A stretch of 64,000 nt of DNA from Tubulanus polymorphus (taxonomy: Eukaryota > Animalia > Nemertea): the NCBI RefSeq assembly GCF_964204645.1, contig NC_134027.1, positions 12,494,485 to 12,558,484 of the forward strand, given 5' to 3'. The notes under the pieces were generated by a model that did no database searches, was not told the origin of the DNA, and saw nothing but the letters and a program-made list of their open reading frames with translations. The translations under genes and the position numbers were made by a program. This document shows positions 50,606 through 62,010 of the stretch, one piece after another. Positions within the stretch are counted from its first letter, which is position 1. Every line of letters begins with the position of its first letter.

Positions 50606-52012
50606 GTAAGATTGAAAAATTGATTTCAAAGACTGTTAGTCTGTGGAGTCCTTGGAGATTTTACACTGACCAATTTTAGAAAATCATATTCCAAACCGTC
50701 GTTTCTCGATCAATAATACATTCCCCAGCAAGTAGAATTTCAGGCCTCGGACTTGAAATGTTAGAATATCGATGTAGTAATCTGCCCATCGTGGGACGTG
50801 CCTCTACTGTGAATATGGCTTCATGGCCACATGTATTAAATAAATGCATTCAAGGTTGCTTTACCTTGATTAATCGATGCCTCAAATACAGAGTCCCAGA
50901 TGTAAGTTTAGTGCCATGAAAAGTTTTGCCATTTCCTCCAACGTATGTCTGTACCAGTATGTTGTGTATTAGAATAACAGAATACTGTGTGCATGCTTTT
51001 TGAATGGCTTCTAAACTGAAGTGTACTTATGTTCTCATCTCAATGAAGCGTATGAAGCATTTTTCGTGGGCTTTTTTGCGAGGGCACTATTGCTATCATC
51101 AGCTTGACTTTTTAGTTAGGAAACATATGAACACAACAACTTAAGTTACCGGCTTTGTAGGTTGCTTACACTTTCAAAGATTTTATGCAGTTATGTAAGC
51201 AAGCTCCCTTTCATTCAATTAGTAAATCTGTAGCTTTTTTGTCAAATTTGAAAAAATCTGACTGTTTTTGCAATTTTACTGCCCCAGTAGATGGTTAACA
51301 TCAAAACATGAGGCACTCCTGCTGTCGGAACTGCTGAATGTTCTTTTCTCTGGCCGACCATCCTGTCCTACCACAGCGCACATGTAATGAAATTAGGAAT
51401 TTGAGTAATTACCTTGCCAAGTCAATGGTGCAGGAATTGTAGTGACTGCAGCGACGAGAGCCAAAGCAATAATTTCCTGAATGACATTTCCTTTTCTTTC
51501 TATACTATGTTTTTGACGAAATTGTAATAAATTTGCCGCGGCAATATTAGACCCTGTCAAAAATCGGCAATCAAAAATTGCTTCCAATGCACCTGCAAGA
51601 CATGTGAAGATAATTTACTCCAAGGAGAGCTTAACCCTCAGTGCGATAAGGAAGTTATTGTTGTGCAATAGAGAAATTTATAAGCAAATCCAACCTGCCT
51701 TAGTATGATCCAAATGATTTCGATTAATCGACAACCCTAACTACTACAAATCAAAAGTATTTTTTCCCGACATATGTCTGTGTTACTAAAAATATAACTG
51801 GATTATGAAAATTTAAGCCATTACTCTCCAGTCTGTGGCTTTACCGTTCATTATCCCCACTGTCTGAAACTTCCAATTTTCTTGACAAATTGTACTAGAC
51901 CAAAGACACATCAGTACTTAGTCCAGTAACGAGCCAGCCACCTCTTTAAAGCTGATTATAGTCCCTCACAGTGTCAGCAAGCCCATGTTTAGTCCTTATT
52001 CATTCATTTCAG

Positions 52013-52121
52013 GAACACTTTCTCGGTTTGTAAATGTAATCTCAGCACGTACAGCTATTGGTCATGATAAATTAGGCCGGATACTCATGGTTCACGTGGA
52101 TGGAAAAACAGATCAAGCGGG
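52013..52121 (+). CDS. NAGPA: NAGPA exon 5
   Basis: TLSRFVNVISARTAIGHDKLGRILMVHVDGKTDQAG, with the SARTAIG motif; phases 1/2. Confidence 0.95.
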
Positions 52122-52194
52122 GTAAATCAAGAAGTGCTTAAGATACTGCTCCAGAGTCTCTGTGAAGAATGCATTTATTTGGATTCATTTTCAG

Positions 52195-52323
52195 CATAAA
52201 TTTGTATGATTTTGCCAAACTTTTGATTGGCTTTGGAGCCGTAAATGCCATCAATTTAGATGGAGGTGGATCCTCTACAATGGTTATTAATGACACAGTC
52301 GTAAACTATCCATCAGATGTCTG
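52195..52323 (+). CDS. NAGPA: NAGPA exon 6
   Basis: INLYDFAKLL...NAINLDGGGSSTMVINDTVVNYPSD, with the catalytic LDGGGS motif; phases 2/2. Confidence 0.95.
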
Positions 52324-52371
52324 GTAAATATGAAGTTCATGGATACTTCGAATTTCATTCTGAAAAATATA

Positions 52372-52563
52372 CAGTAGACCCTGCCAATAGCGATAGGGCT
52401 GGAACTGGTAAAATATTAGTCGTATAGTCATATACCAGTATAATAGATTTTCAGATTTTCTAACATTGACCAACTGTAGGGGCAGAAAATGTTTGTAGTA
52501 TTCTACCAGTAGGATTCAGTAGATTACTGAATATACCGGTACTGCTATATGTGGAGTCTATTG
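52372..52563. mobile_element. Degenerate pogo/Tigger-like MITE
   Basis: TA|CAGTAGACCCTGCCAATAGC ... GCTATATGTGGAGTCTATTG. Confidence 0.45.
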
Positions 52564-52649
52564 ATATTCTCAGCTTCTAACTTGTCTTGACTAAATAAGA
52601 ATGTTCTTTCACTGAACCCTGATATACCATTAATAGACTTATCTTCCAG

Positions 52650-52852
52650 TGATCCTGCTCAAAGGCAATTTTTATGCGAACGAAAAATCTCCACAATTGT
52701 GTGCGCTCACAGTCCTGATTGTCCATCAAACTGCAGTAACCATGGTGTCTGTATAAATGGACAGTGTACTTGTCACAAATTCTGGTCGGGACATTCGTGT
52801 AATGTATTAAAATGTCATAAGAACTGTTCAAACCATGGAAATTGTACAGAAG
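52650..52852 (+). CDS. NAGPA: NAGPA exon 7 (end of catalytic domain, EGF-like repeats)
   Basis: CERKISTIVCAHSPDCPSNCSNHGVCINGQCTC...; phases 2/1. Confidence 0.92.
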
Positions 52853-54203
52853 GTATGTATGTATCATTATTCAATACAAGTCTCATTAACATTTGGGCGT
52901 GTTTCAAGTTCAGATGAATTTTATATGGGTACTTCATGCGGTGAAAATCACATTTTTTAAAACGCACCAGTAATATGATATGATCAGATAAAAAAGAAAT
53001 AGAAAACAAAGTAGGAATCGAACCTGCAATGTTGTGATAGAAAAGCATACACGATAAACCTCTGGGCTACAGCTAACAAATTTCAGTTCAATACATACAA
53101 CTATTCTAAGTTTATGTCAACAACAATACTACATGGTTCCCTCAGAACAGAGATATTGGGAAAAACTTGGGAATTTTGAAATAATAATTCCCACTTAGGA
53201 AATATTTCAGAATTTGAGAAATTTTCCTCAAATTAGGGAAATATTTGAGAAATTCATTTACTTTTCACGTATTGCATTTGCCAAAGGCAATTTTCTTCAG
53301 CATTGCACCTTGAAAATCAAATTTATCAACCATCACTAAAATGTTGACTTCCGCATGATGGTATCTGTCCGTTTTTATGAAGGCCTGATTTCCATTTGGG
53401 AAAATTGAAAAATGCTTGAGAATCGCTCGCAGTAATGATCGCAGCAACCGGCGACTAAGAATTGCCTTGTGCGCGCCAGACTTAATCTTGAATGAGCGGC
53501 CCACAGATTGCCAAAGACAGCTGTAAGGATTTGTCTTTGTACATGTGCCTCCACCACTTTTCTTTACCACTCAAAGTTGCTAGAGAGCATCTGAATTGTT
53601 ACACAGTTTGCATTGATATATTACTTCAATTGCAATTGTAGTTTATAGTACTTGCCACCAATTATTTATTTCTGATTACATGCAGTTTATACTCTTGAAA
53701 TCAGTTAGTTTTTGTTTCATCACACCAGGGGAATGGTTATGAAGGCAAATTAACTAATTTGAAAAGAAACATTGAAGAGTACATTTGAAAATGCTGACCA
53801 TGTCGGCTGACATGGTCTAAATCCACCACTGACCACACAGATTTCAAAATGTATTTCGAGGGAAATGAAAAATGGATTGCAGCGATTATCTCATCTTAAT
53901 GTAAACTCATAAGGTGGTGAGCGCATCTTATTTTACCAAATTTATGGTTAGTTTTGTGTTTCCTTGCACACAAAACCACCCTTTGGTACTGATTTATACG
54001 CAAACCACACTCTGGGTGAATTTCAAGGGTTTAGATGCCGTAATAACACAGGAGTAGTGTAAAACAAACCCAGCACTCAAACAATTATACGATATATAAG
54101 ATTGTTCAATGTACTTTGCAGAAATAACTAAAACGAGGAATGTTATTAAAATTTTCTATGTACATTAATTCTTTTTATCTTTGATTGTATTACATACATG
54201 TAG

Positions 54204-54380
54204 ATGGGTGCATTTGTAGTCCGGGATTCGCTGGAAAATATTGCAATAAGATGTGTCCAAAGGGTTACTATGGAAGTGACTGTAAGATGATATGTCACTG
54301 CAAAAATGGTGGAATTTGTAATCCTGTGAATGGATTCTGCGATTGTCTTCGTGGTTATACAGGATTTGCCTGCGATCGCA
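54204..54380 (+). CDS. NAGPA: NAGPA exon 8 (EGF-like)
   Basis: GCICSPGFAGKYCNKMCPKGYYGSDC...GYTGFACDR; phases 1/1. Confidence 0.88.
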
Positions 54381-54554
54381 GTAAGCAGTATTCAATTTTA
54401 GTGTGAACAAAATTTTAGAGATCATGAAATTGGTGTCATCCTACATGTCTAAGTTCTATGAACTGCAGATATCATTCATTTCATACCATAATTTCTAACT
54501 TGTCCACTATGATTTTTGGAATGGTTTTTTAACTGTTGTGTTATGAATTTTTAG

Positions 54555-54686
54555 TTTGTCCATATGGTACATATGGATACCGGTGTCGTGGATTGTGCTA
54601 TTGTCATTCTTCCTGTACTTGTAATCCATTCACGGGTGCCTGTTTCAACTATAATCAGTCTTCCATTGACCATAACTTACAGCAGA
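54555..54686 (+). CDS. NAGPA: NAGPA exon 9 (EGF-like)
   Basis: CPYGTYGYRCRGLCYCHSSCTCNPFTGAC; phases 1/1. Confidence 0.86.
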
Positions 54687-54838
54687 GTAAGTACTGTAAT
54701 TTCATTGATATAAGCTTACTTGCTGCAATTGCTTACTTTAATACTGTTCAGTACATCAAGTTATCTGCTGTTTCATCTGCAGTTAGACTGAGACTGGAGA
54801 TTCACCTGTTTTCTTTATGAATTATTGTGATTTTTTAG

Positions 54839-54908
54839 CTGGACAATGCCTTGCTGATAGAATCATTAAATCAAAGAATCTAGTCAAAGACCACTCGGAA
54901 CAATATAG
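54839..54908 (+). CDS. NAGPA: NAGPA exon 10 (juxtamembrane stalk)
   Basis: TGQCLADRIIKSKNLVKDHSEQYR. ttttttag/gtagat sites; its phases 1/2 bridge exons 9 and 11. Confidence 0.8.
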
Positions 54909-55223
54909 GTAGATGTTACCTACAGATTTTCTATGAATCAAATTAAAAGTACTCAGACTTCTTTAAAAAATATATTTGTTAAGGGCAGTGCAGATTATGG
55001 TGGTCTTTTGGAGTTTGTTGTCCTTAATTTTTTCGAATATTTTACCTACCGTAATTCTTTGATACTGCATCCTTGACCAGTTTAATTAAGGAAGTTCCAT
55101 TCAAGCTTCTGATAGTTATTGTCATTTAACTTTCACATATTACATATAATATAACTTTTAACCTTATTTTAGCATTAAACATAAATAACAATCATAACGG
55201 TTTTGTCTTCATTTCTATTTTAG

Positions 55224-55530
55224 GTTGTGGGTAATTGCCCTTGTTGTGATCAGTATAATGGCTGCTGTTAGTATCATATTGAATATATCTATGCTGTGTA
55301 TGTTCTATCGCTGTGAAATTCCATCCAGAAACACATTAAACTATCGTAAATTCCGTAAGGCAATTGTAGAACCGCGTCAAATCTTGATCGATGATGATAG
55401 CGACGATTCCAATTCATCGTATGACATTTCTGATGCAACGAGTGACGAAATTTTCAAACCTTTGAAAATGACTGAATCAACGAAACTGATTAATGTCTCT
55501 GAAACCAAAATCAATGCTCTGTCTGAGTGA
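55224..55530 (+). CDS. NAGPA: NAGPA exon 11 (transmembrane helix and cytosolic tail)
   Basis: TM segment LWVIALVVISIMAAVSIILNISMLCMF, then YRKF and an acidic DDDSDDS cluster, TGA stop. Confidence 0.87.
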
Positions 55531-56699
55531 AAATTCATTTAGAAGATAGTGTCACTGAATTATAAGCTAATCGAACTTGGTGCATTAATCTCAGAGGGCT
55601 GTTGTTTTCACTTTTCTTCATGGATGATTTGTTTGTCCATAGATGGAATATTCTATATCTCAAATTGATAATGAAGGTTTCAGTTTTCAGTATCATCCAT
55701 TTGTCCACCTGTGCAGTTAGTTTTTATGGGAAGTTCTTGATATATCTTGATAGATGTGTTATCGAAAGCAATACCAATAATTTGGCCGATCAGAGCTAAG
55801 ATCAGGCCACTTGGTGGCCATTTTCATCTTAAAATTGGGGTCAAGGGATACCTTGCCCACTTAGTGAAATGCATGAAAATCCGATTGAATATTGAATTCC
55901 CCCGCTGGTGAACAAAAACAGCAGTCATTGAACTTGAAACTCACTATCATAGAGCATGACATGATCCAGGAAGAAAGACACTCTAAATATTTGGATGGAT
56001 ATATGAAAGCTGTGGGTACTGGAGTGTGTAATGGGTAGTGTAGTGTGATCTGTGTGCATTTGTGGCCAGCACACAGATCACATTGTTCAATGGGGTTTGG
56101 TCCAGGACTCGTGAGATTTTCAACAACACGGAAGTAACGTGTAATAAATGATGACTTGAATTGCATGACTACCTACCACCCCTCATTATTGTTGGTAAAC
56201 TAAACGTTCCGCACTGACTAAAAATTAGTAATAACATTTTAGAAATGGCCAGAATTTTAACTTAGGTTCTATCTCATTTTTATTTTACAATTGTGATTGG
56301 TATAATTTTTTTTTAAACGGCCGTTAAGGCTTCATGTTTCGTCTGCAATTCACTGCAAATAGTTACGCAACTACGCACATTTCAGTGTTTTTGGCAGCTG
56401 TACACTCAATCGGCACCGTTCGTGACTAGCTTCACTGCGGAATTATCATTAATTAACATCGCCATATCACATCATTAACTTATATTGTGCCTTAAAACCC
56501 TAACAGCCGAAATAATTGAAATGCACACATGATTTCTATCATTGAAAATTGAGAGTGGCCATGTTTGTGTTTGCTACTTCGCGTAAATCCCGCGCGGTGG
56601 CGCAGCCGCGCGGAGTGGGGCCGATACGTCCAGAGAAATACATGTATACACATGTATAAATATATTCATATATAAGTTGAATATTTAGCAATATTGCAG

Positions 56700-57049
56700 A
56701 ATGTAGGACTTAGAAGTTAATATCCTGCTAGTTTTAGGGTCTTTGGTTTTTGTATATGGTCACCAGGGGTGTTGAATAGCAGAATATCTTCTAGTATTTC
56801 CGTATTTTATTCGTACGTAGGCATATTTTACGTACCACGATCAATTGCAAAATTGTAACTAATGACAATTTTTATAATGTGGTGAGTTTGAAGGTCATTC
56901 TTATTTGTATATGGTCACAAGGGGGTGTTGAATAGCGGAATGACTCAACGTTTCCTTCTAGGCATATTTTGTTACCACAATCAAATGCAAAATTTTAGCT
57001 CATGACACGTTTTATTTCAAGTGGGCATGGTGTCCCTGGACCCCTAGTT
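56700..57049 (+). mobile_element. Helentron-associated (HINE-like) 3' fragment
   Basis: About two satellite units followed by CAAGTGGGCATGGTGTCCCTGGACCCCTAGTT. Confidence 0.7.
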
Positions 57050-57399
57050 CTTACAATCATGGGCCCTAAGGGGATGCATGTATACATGTTAAACATCAGG
57101 ATGATTGATCATCTTCAAAATTTTCTTTGAAAACTTGCAAAAAATGTGCAAAAAGTGTTGGTTTCGGTGAATAAGATCGAAGGTCTTCAAAACTTCCAGA
57201 ATTAATGTCCAAGGAAAAGTGAATGGAAAAGCCTGCTAGGGCTAAAAATATGCAATACTATTCATGTATGATTATATATCATGATATATTATTGATATAT
57301 TATTGGTTAGTGATAAAGTTAGATTTTATCTGCAGTTATTGCAACGTTCAAATTAAATGCCAAGGAGTATTTTTATATATACAACTGTATCTATTTGTA

Positions 57400-58103
57400 C
57401 AGGGTGGCCCGAGAAAAAAGTCACCGATAGAATTATGTAATTTGATTAATTTGTTCTAGAATAAAGCCATGGAATGTTTACTTCATAAAGTTTAACTTTC
57501 AGGGAAAATCGTTGATGCATAAAGGACTCAGGTCAAGCAATCCAAAGTGTTGCTCATTTTACCAACTTGCGCTTGAATTATGAATTGAGTCACCGATTGA
57601 AAAGATCATATGTTAAACCCAAAACCGTAAGGATTTTATTCTTAAGAACTTACTGGTAAATATTGCACAGTTTTTGGCAGATCCTGCAAAACAATGATCC
57701 TGTCCTTTGCGATTACTTTTAGTCTATTTCATTGCAACCTCTAATGTGCCGGTCGCTATTTGAGGGTTTTTGAAAGCAAAGTTGATGATCATGTCAGAAT
57801 GTTTTGTTGATAAGCTTTGAAGATGAAAAAACGATTGGTTTAGGTTTTGGGTTTAACGTATGGTTTGTTTTAATCGCCGACTCAATTCATAATTCAAGTG
57901 CAAGTTGGTAAAATGACCAATTCGTCACTTTTTGGAGGATCGGTACTGTGGCATTTAAAGCATAAGCAATTTTCCATGATAGATTAACATTAAAAATAAA
58001 CATCCTATGGCTCCATTCTAGAGGAAAGTTTTTGAATTACATAACTTTGTTTATTGATAAGAGATACATTATTGAATTGGTGACATTTTTCCGGGATACT
58101 CTG
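57400..58103. mobile_element. Tc1/mariner-type foldback MITE
   Basis: TA|CAGGGTGGCCCG ... CGGGATACTCTG|TA. Long imperfect arms, e.g. CATTTTACCAACTTGC.CTTGAATTATGAATTGAGTC and its reverse complement. Confidence 0.75.
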
Positions 58104-59388
58104 TACAGCTATGTTAAATGTCACTCTTGTTTTAAAATGCATTTATATATTTTCTCAAATAAAACATGGTGCTGGAAATAAGTAAATAGTTCACGTTTTG
58201 TTTTTCATATGGTAAAGCTTACTAGACATAAAATTATTCACACGTTAAAATGAAACTAAAATACTAACATAAGAAAATGCGTTCCTGAAGCTTTATGAAT
58301 AATTATTCATCAACTGTGATTTTAATTATGAAATACATGTATCGAAATGCTACTACTGTTTTTTCCAATGTCTAACCAAAAACAGGAAATAAGGATTGCT
58401 CCATTAAATGTGTTTATTGATAATTGACCAGCTGCCGTTTGAGACATGACAACGAAATCAACTGAGACAAATTAATCCGTAAAAGAATTGTTGGTCCTCT
58501 TTATTGATTAAGCTGCTCTAGACCTTGTTCAATATCTAGACCATTTTTACCGATGCACAGTTGAGCTCATCCTCGCTTGCCCCCCATGGGTTCGATTGCT
58601 TGCCGCCAAGGTCAAGCCAACAGAAACCCAGGCTAAAAACCCTTGATTGGTTTACAACTATTACATTACCCAAGATTTCTTGGGCAGACGGGTTGCTGCC
58701 AAGCAGCCACCAGTCTATGTTTCTAGCCAATCTGATGCATAGCGAATCTACCGGTGAAAAACAACGTATCTGATTGGCTTAATACATAGACTGGTGGCCT
58801 ATAAGACTATTCCTAGCTTGAAATCAGCGATATATGTCAATAGTCATTATTTTAGTTGCGGTTAGTGTATTAAATAGAAAAATAAAGAATTCAATTTTTA
58901 AATAATTTCTTGTAGATGTTGATTCAATTTTTCCATTTACCGAAATTAATTCTCAAGTTGTAGTTCAGAAAAAGGCTGGAAATCTAACATTTCAGACTTT
59001 TTCTTGGACCGTAAAGATCCAATTGAGGCAAGGTTTACTATAATAATAATTTGGAGGAACGCAATAGGGTTTTATGTGAAAAAGCTGAAAAGCTTAATTA
59101 CAGTAGTATCCACTCAATTCAGATCATTTGGGACTAACAAAATTCATTAGATTCACAAGAAGTTTTCTTGTATATTGAACAATTGGACATCAAATCATGT
59201 CCGGAGTAGACCAAAAACTGGATTAAGCCGATCCGGATTCTGGTTTGACTTCAGAATTATAACAGAACACATCTCGCTAATCCAGTGACTCATACAAATG
59301 ACTAAACAAACCATGAAGCGTAAAATCCACTTAATTTGACAAAGAAATTGACTTTTTAATCGAAAATAATTTATAGAATTTATTCCGT

Positions 59389-60447
59389 TCACCACATAAA
59401 ACGTTGCTTATTTTCACTATCAGGCCACAAAAAAGGCCTCTCAACAAAAATGTATATCGTTAGAGCGTTGACTGCACCATAAACTATGAGTTCAAGAATA
59501 ATTTTCCAATAAGCAGCGATGTTCATATTAAGTCGAAGAATTAGATATGGAATGATAAAATAGCGAAACTCCATCAACTGTTGAGGAACTAGACAAATAC
59601 ACGTACACACCGCGAATAACATCTTCCAGATGATGTTTTTGAAGCGTAGTTCATAGCAAACACTCCACGCCGCATAGACATAAACAGGAATCAAAGCAAA
59701 TTTTACTAAATCGTGACGGCGATAAATTCGCGACCAAACGTAAAATGTGTAGTGGCGATTGTCCGCGAGTAAGTAAGGATGCGCGTACGTTAATTTCCAA
59801 ACACACACAGCGGCAAAAATGACAAGCAGTACAGTAGTCAGTTTATGTCTCCAGATCCACAGAAGACAGGCGATGATTTTATGAATAGATATTAAATGCA
59901 TGAAAGAAAACGCAAGCGTAAAACCGAGAAAATAGAAAATCTGCGGTATGTGTAAGCAAGCTTGATGAGCAGTCCGAGCACCAACGACTATTCCATTATT
60001 CATTATTACGAAAACAACAAAAGCCATGCCAACTAAAATATACGCATAGCACTGTGTTATAATGTTTCTAAGCAAGAGACGAAACCCCGGAGTCCAGTTT
60101 CGTAATTCATTCCACAGAGTTGCTAAAACAATCTTTAGAAAACCGCTGCTCTGTATTGTAACATCACTGATGTCTTTTTTCTTCAGCAAGATCAGATCCA
60201 TAATGAGATGCGCGACGGCTAATCCAGCGGTAAAGAACACCCATATAATGTTCGTCTGTCGGAACAAAATGGCACCTATGCCTGAAACTGCTGCGAGTTT
60301 GTGTTTGTGATGCCTACCTAATAAAATTGTCAGCAAAACGAAAAATGTCGATCCAGAATCCGTATAGTACAGGAACGTAAAGAAATACAATGTCGGTAAG
60401 AGTGTCAGCGCTGTAGCTGTCAGGAGTCCGCGACACTTGTCAAATTC
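59389..60447 (-). CDS. ALG10: ALG10 alpha-1,2-glucosyltransferase, last exon
   Basis: PTLYFFTFLYYTDSGS, FRQTNIIW, NNGIVVG, HPYLLADNRHYTFYVW, VPQQLMEFRYFIIPY and terminal QRFMW*. ttttaag acceptor, in frame. Confidence 0.96.
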   Translation of the reverse strand, partial: EFDKCRGLLTATALTLLPTLYFFTFLYYTDSGSTFFVLLTILLGRHHKHKLAAVSGIGAILFRQTNIIWVFFTAGLAVAHLIMDLILLKKKDISDVTIQSSGFLKIVLATLWNELRNWTPGFRLLLRNIITQCYAYILVGMAFVVFVIMNNGIVVGARTAHQACLHIPQIFYFLGFTLAFSFMHLISIHKIIACLLWIWRHKLTTVLLVIFAAVCVWKLTYAHPYLLADNRHYTFYVWSRIYRRHDLVKFALIPVYVYAAWSVCYELRFKNIIWKMLFAVCTCICLVPQQLMEFRYFIIPYLILRLNMNIAAYWKIILELIVYGAVNALTIYIFVERPFLWPDSENKQRFMW

Positions 60448-60530
60448 CTTAAAAATTAAAAAACTCTGATTTTGGAAAAGTGTTTGAGTAGACCAATTGA
60501 TGAAATTTATCTTTTAAATCAGCTGTTTAC

Positions 60531-60728
60531 CTTAGACTTGCCATGAATGTGCCAAATAAGAAGCAATAGGAGCACAAAATTCCCCATCGAGAATCCGATG
60601 TTGATACAACGTAACCAAAATGTGACGCAAATTTCTCCCATCTTGAAATCTGTCAGCCGGGCGACTAGTTGGAAGATACCAGTTGATACGAGGTAAAGTC
60701 CAGGTAGAGTTGTAATCATAGGATCCCA
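60531..60728 (-). CDS. ALG10: ALG10 internal exon
   Basis: WDPMITTLPGLYLVS...LRCINIGFSMGNF. tttcag acceptor, AAG|gtaaac donor, phase 0/0. Confidence 0.94.
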
Positions 60729-60770
60729 CTGAAATGACCATACAAAAATGCAGTAGGGGTTAATGTAAAA

Positions 60771-62010
60771 CTAGGGGTCCAGGGACACCATGTCCACTTG
60801 GGAAGTGCTTTCAATTGCTCAACAATCTAACAATTTCAATATTCAACACCCCTGACCAACACAATAACTAAAGACCTTGAAACTCACCACAATCATAGAA
60901 TATGTCAGCAGCTATGATTTTTTAATTGATTGTGATAGCAAAATATGCCTCGTTACCAATTTAATATGGAAATACCAAGTTATTCTACTATTCAACGCAC
61001 CCTGGTGACCACATGCAAAACCCAATGACCTTGATACACACCACAATCATAGAACATGTCATGAACTACAACTTTGAAATTGATCATGGTAACAAAATAT
61101 GCCTAGGTACCAATCTAATAAGGAAATAATAAGATATTCTACTATTCAACGCCCCCTGGTGACCACATAGAATAACTAATGTCCTTAAAACTCACCACAA
61201 TCATAGATGATGTCATGAGCTACAACTTTTCAATTTGTGGTAACAAAATATGCATAGGAACGAATATAATATAGAAATACCAAGTTATTGTATTATTCAA
61301 CGCTCCTGGTGGCCATACACAAAAACCAATGACCTTGAAACTCACCGAAATCATAGAACATGTTATGGGCTACAACTTTCTTATTGATTGTGGTAACAAA
61401 TTATGCTTAGGTATCAATATAATATGGAAAAAGTTTTTCCCACCTATGATAGAGTACTGATGACACCAAGATGGCCGCCAATAGCGCAATAATTGGCCAA
61501 TCAAAAATACCTGTCTCAGGTATATAACATCCCTTTCGAAAGAATACCCATCACAAATTGTAATGAGAAATGGCAAACCAGTAGGAAGCTACAGGACTCA
61601 GAATTCGGGCCAAATTTGACATTTTTGGGCACTAAAAAGGTCATAGGACGGCCATCTTGAGTCTGATCAACCCAATTTTTCTTATGCTGATGGGCCCTTG
61701 GGGGATTCAAATGTATACAAACGATCAAGGTAATTGATCTAAGCGTCTTCAAAATTTCCCTCAAAAAATTCAAAAATATGTAAAAAGTGCTGATTTTGGC
61801 GACCAACAATGGCTGCCAGTTGGCCATCTTGATTCTGACAGGGCCAGTTTTTGGGCTGAAGATGTGTCTAGGGTAGATACATGTGTAACCCAAATATAGA
61901 GACATTACATTGAAGCGTCTTCAAAACTTCCCAAAATAACTGGATTCCATCTACGGACGGACGACAAGTGAACGCAATAGCCCGCTGGGACTAAAGTCCC
62001 AAGTGGGCTA
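60771..62010 (-). mobile_element. Full-length Helentron-associated (HINE-like) element with ~152-bp satellite array
   Basis: On -: T-run, AGCCCACTTGGGACTTTAGTCCCAG hairpin, GTCC microsatellite and about 4 tandem units (TATTCAAC on + at 60840, 60989, 61143, 61294). It ends with the inverted CAAGTGGAC subterminal repeat, a GTCCCTGGAC hairpin and a T-run. Confidence 0.8.

Noticed and set aside
14122-60728. Functional cluster of Kv4 with ALG10 (KCR1, a reported K+ channel modulator) and NAGPA
   Set aside because: Adjacency alone is not evidence in an animal genome, and the reported KCR1 effects concern EAG/ERG channels. Conserved synteny would be needed.
60835-61430. CRISPR-like periodic array
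   Set aside because: The whole ~152-bp unit repeats with no unique spacers, there are no cas genes, and the context is eukaryotic. It is a satellite inside a TE.
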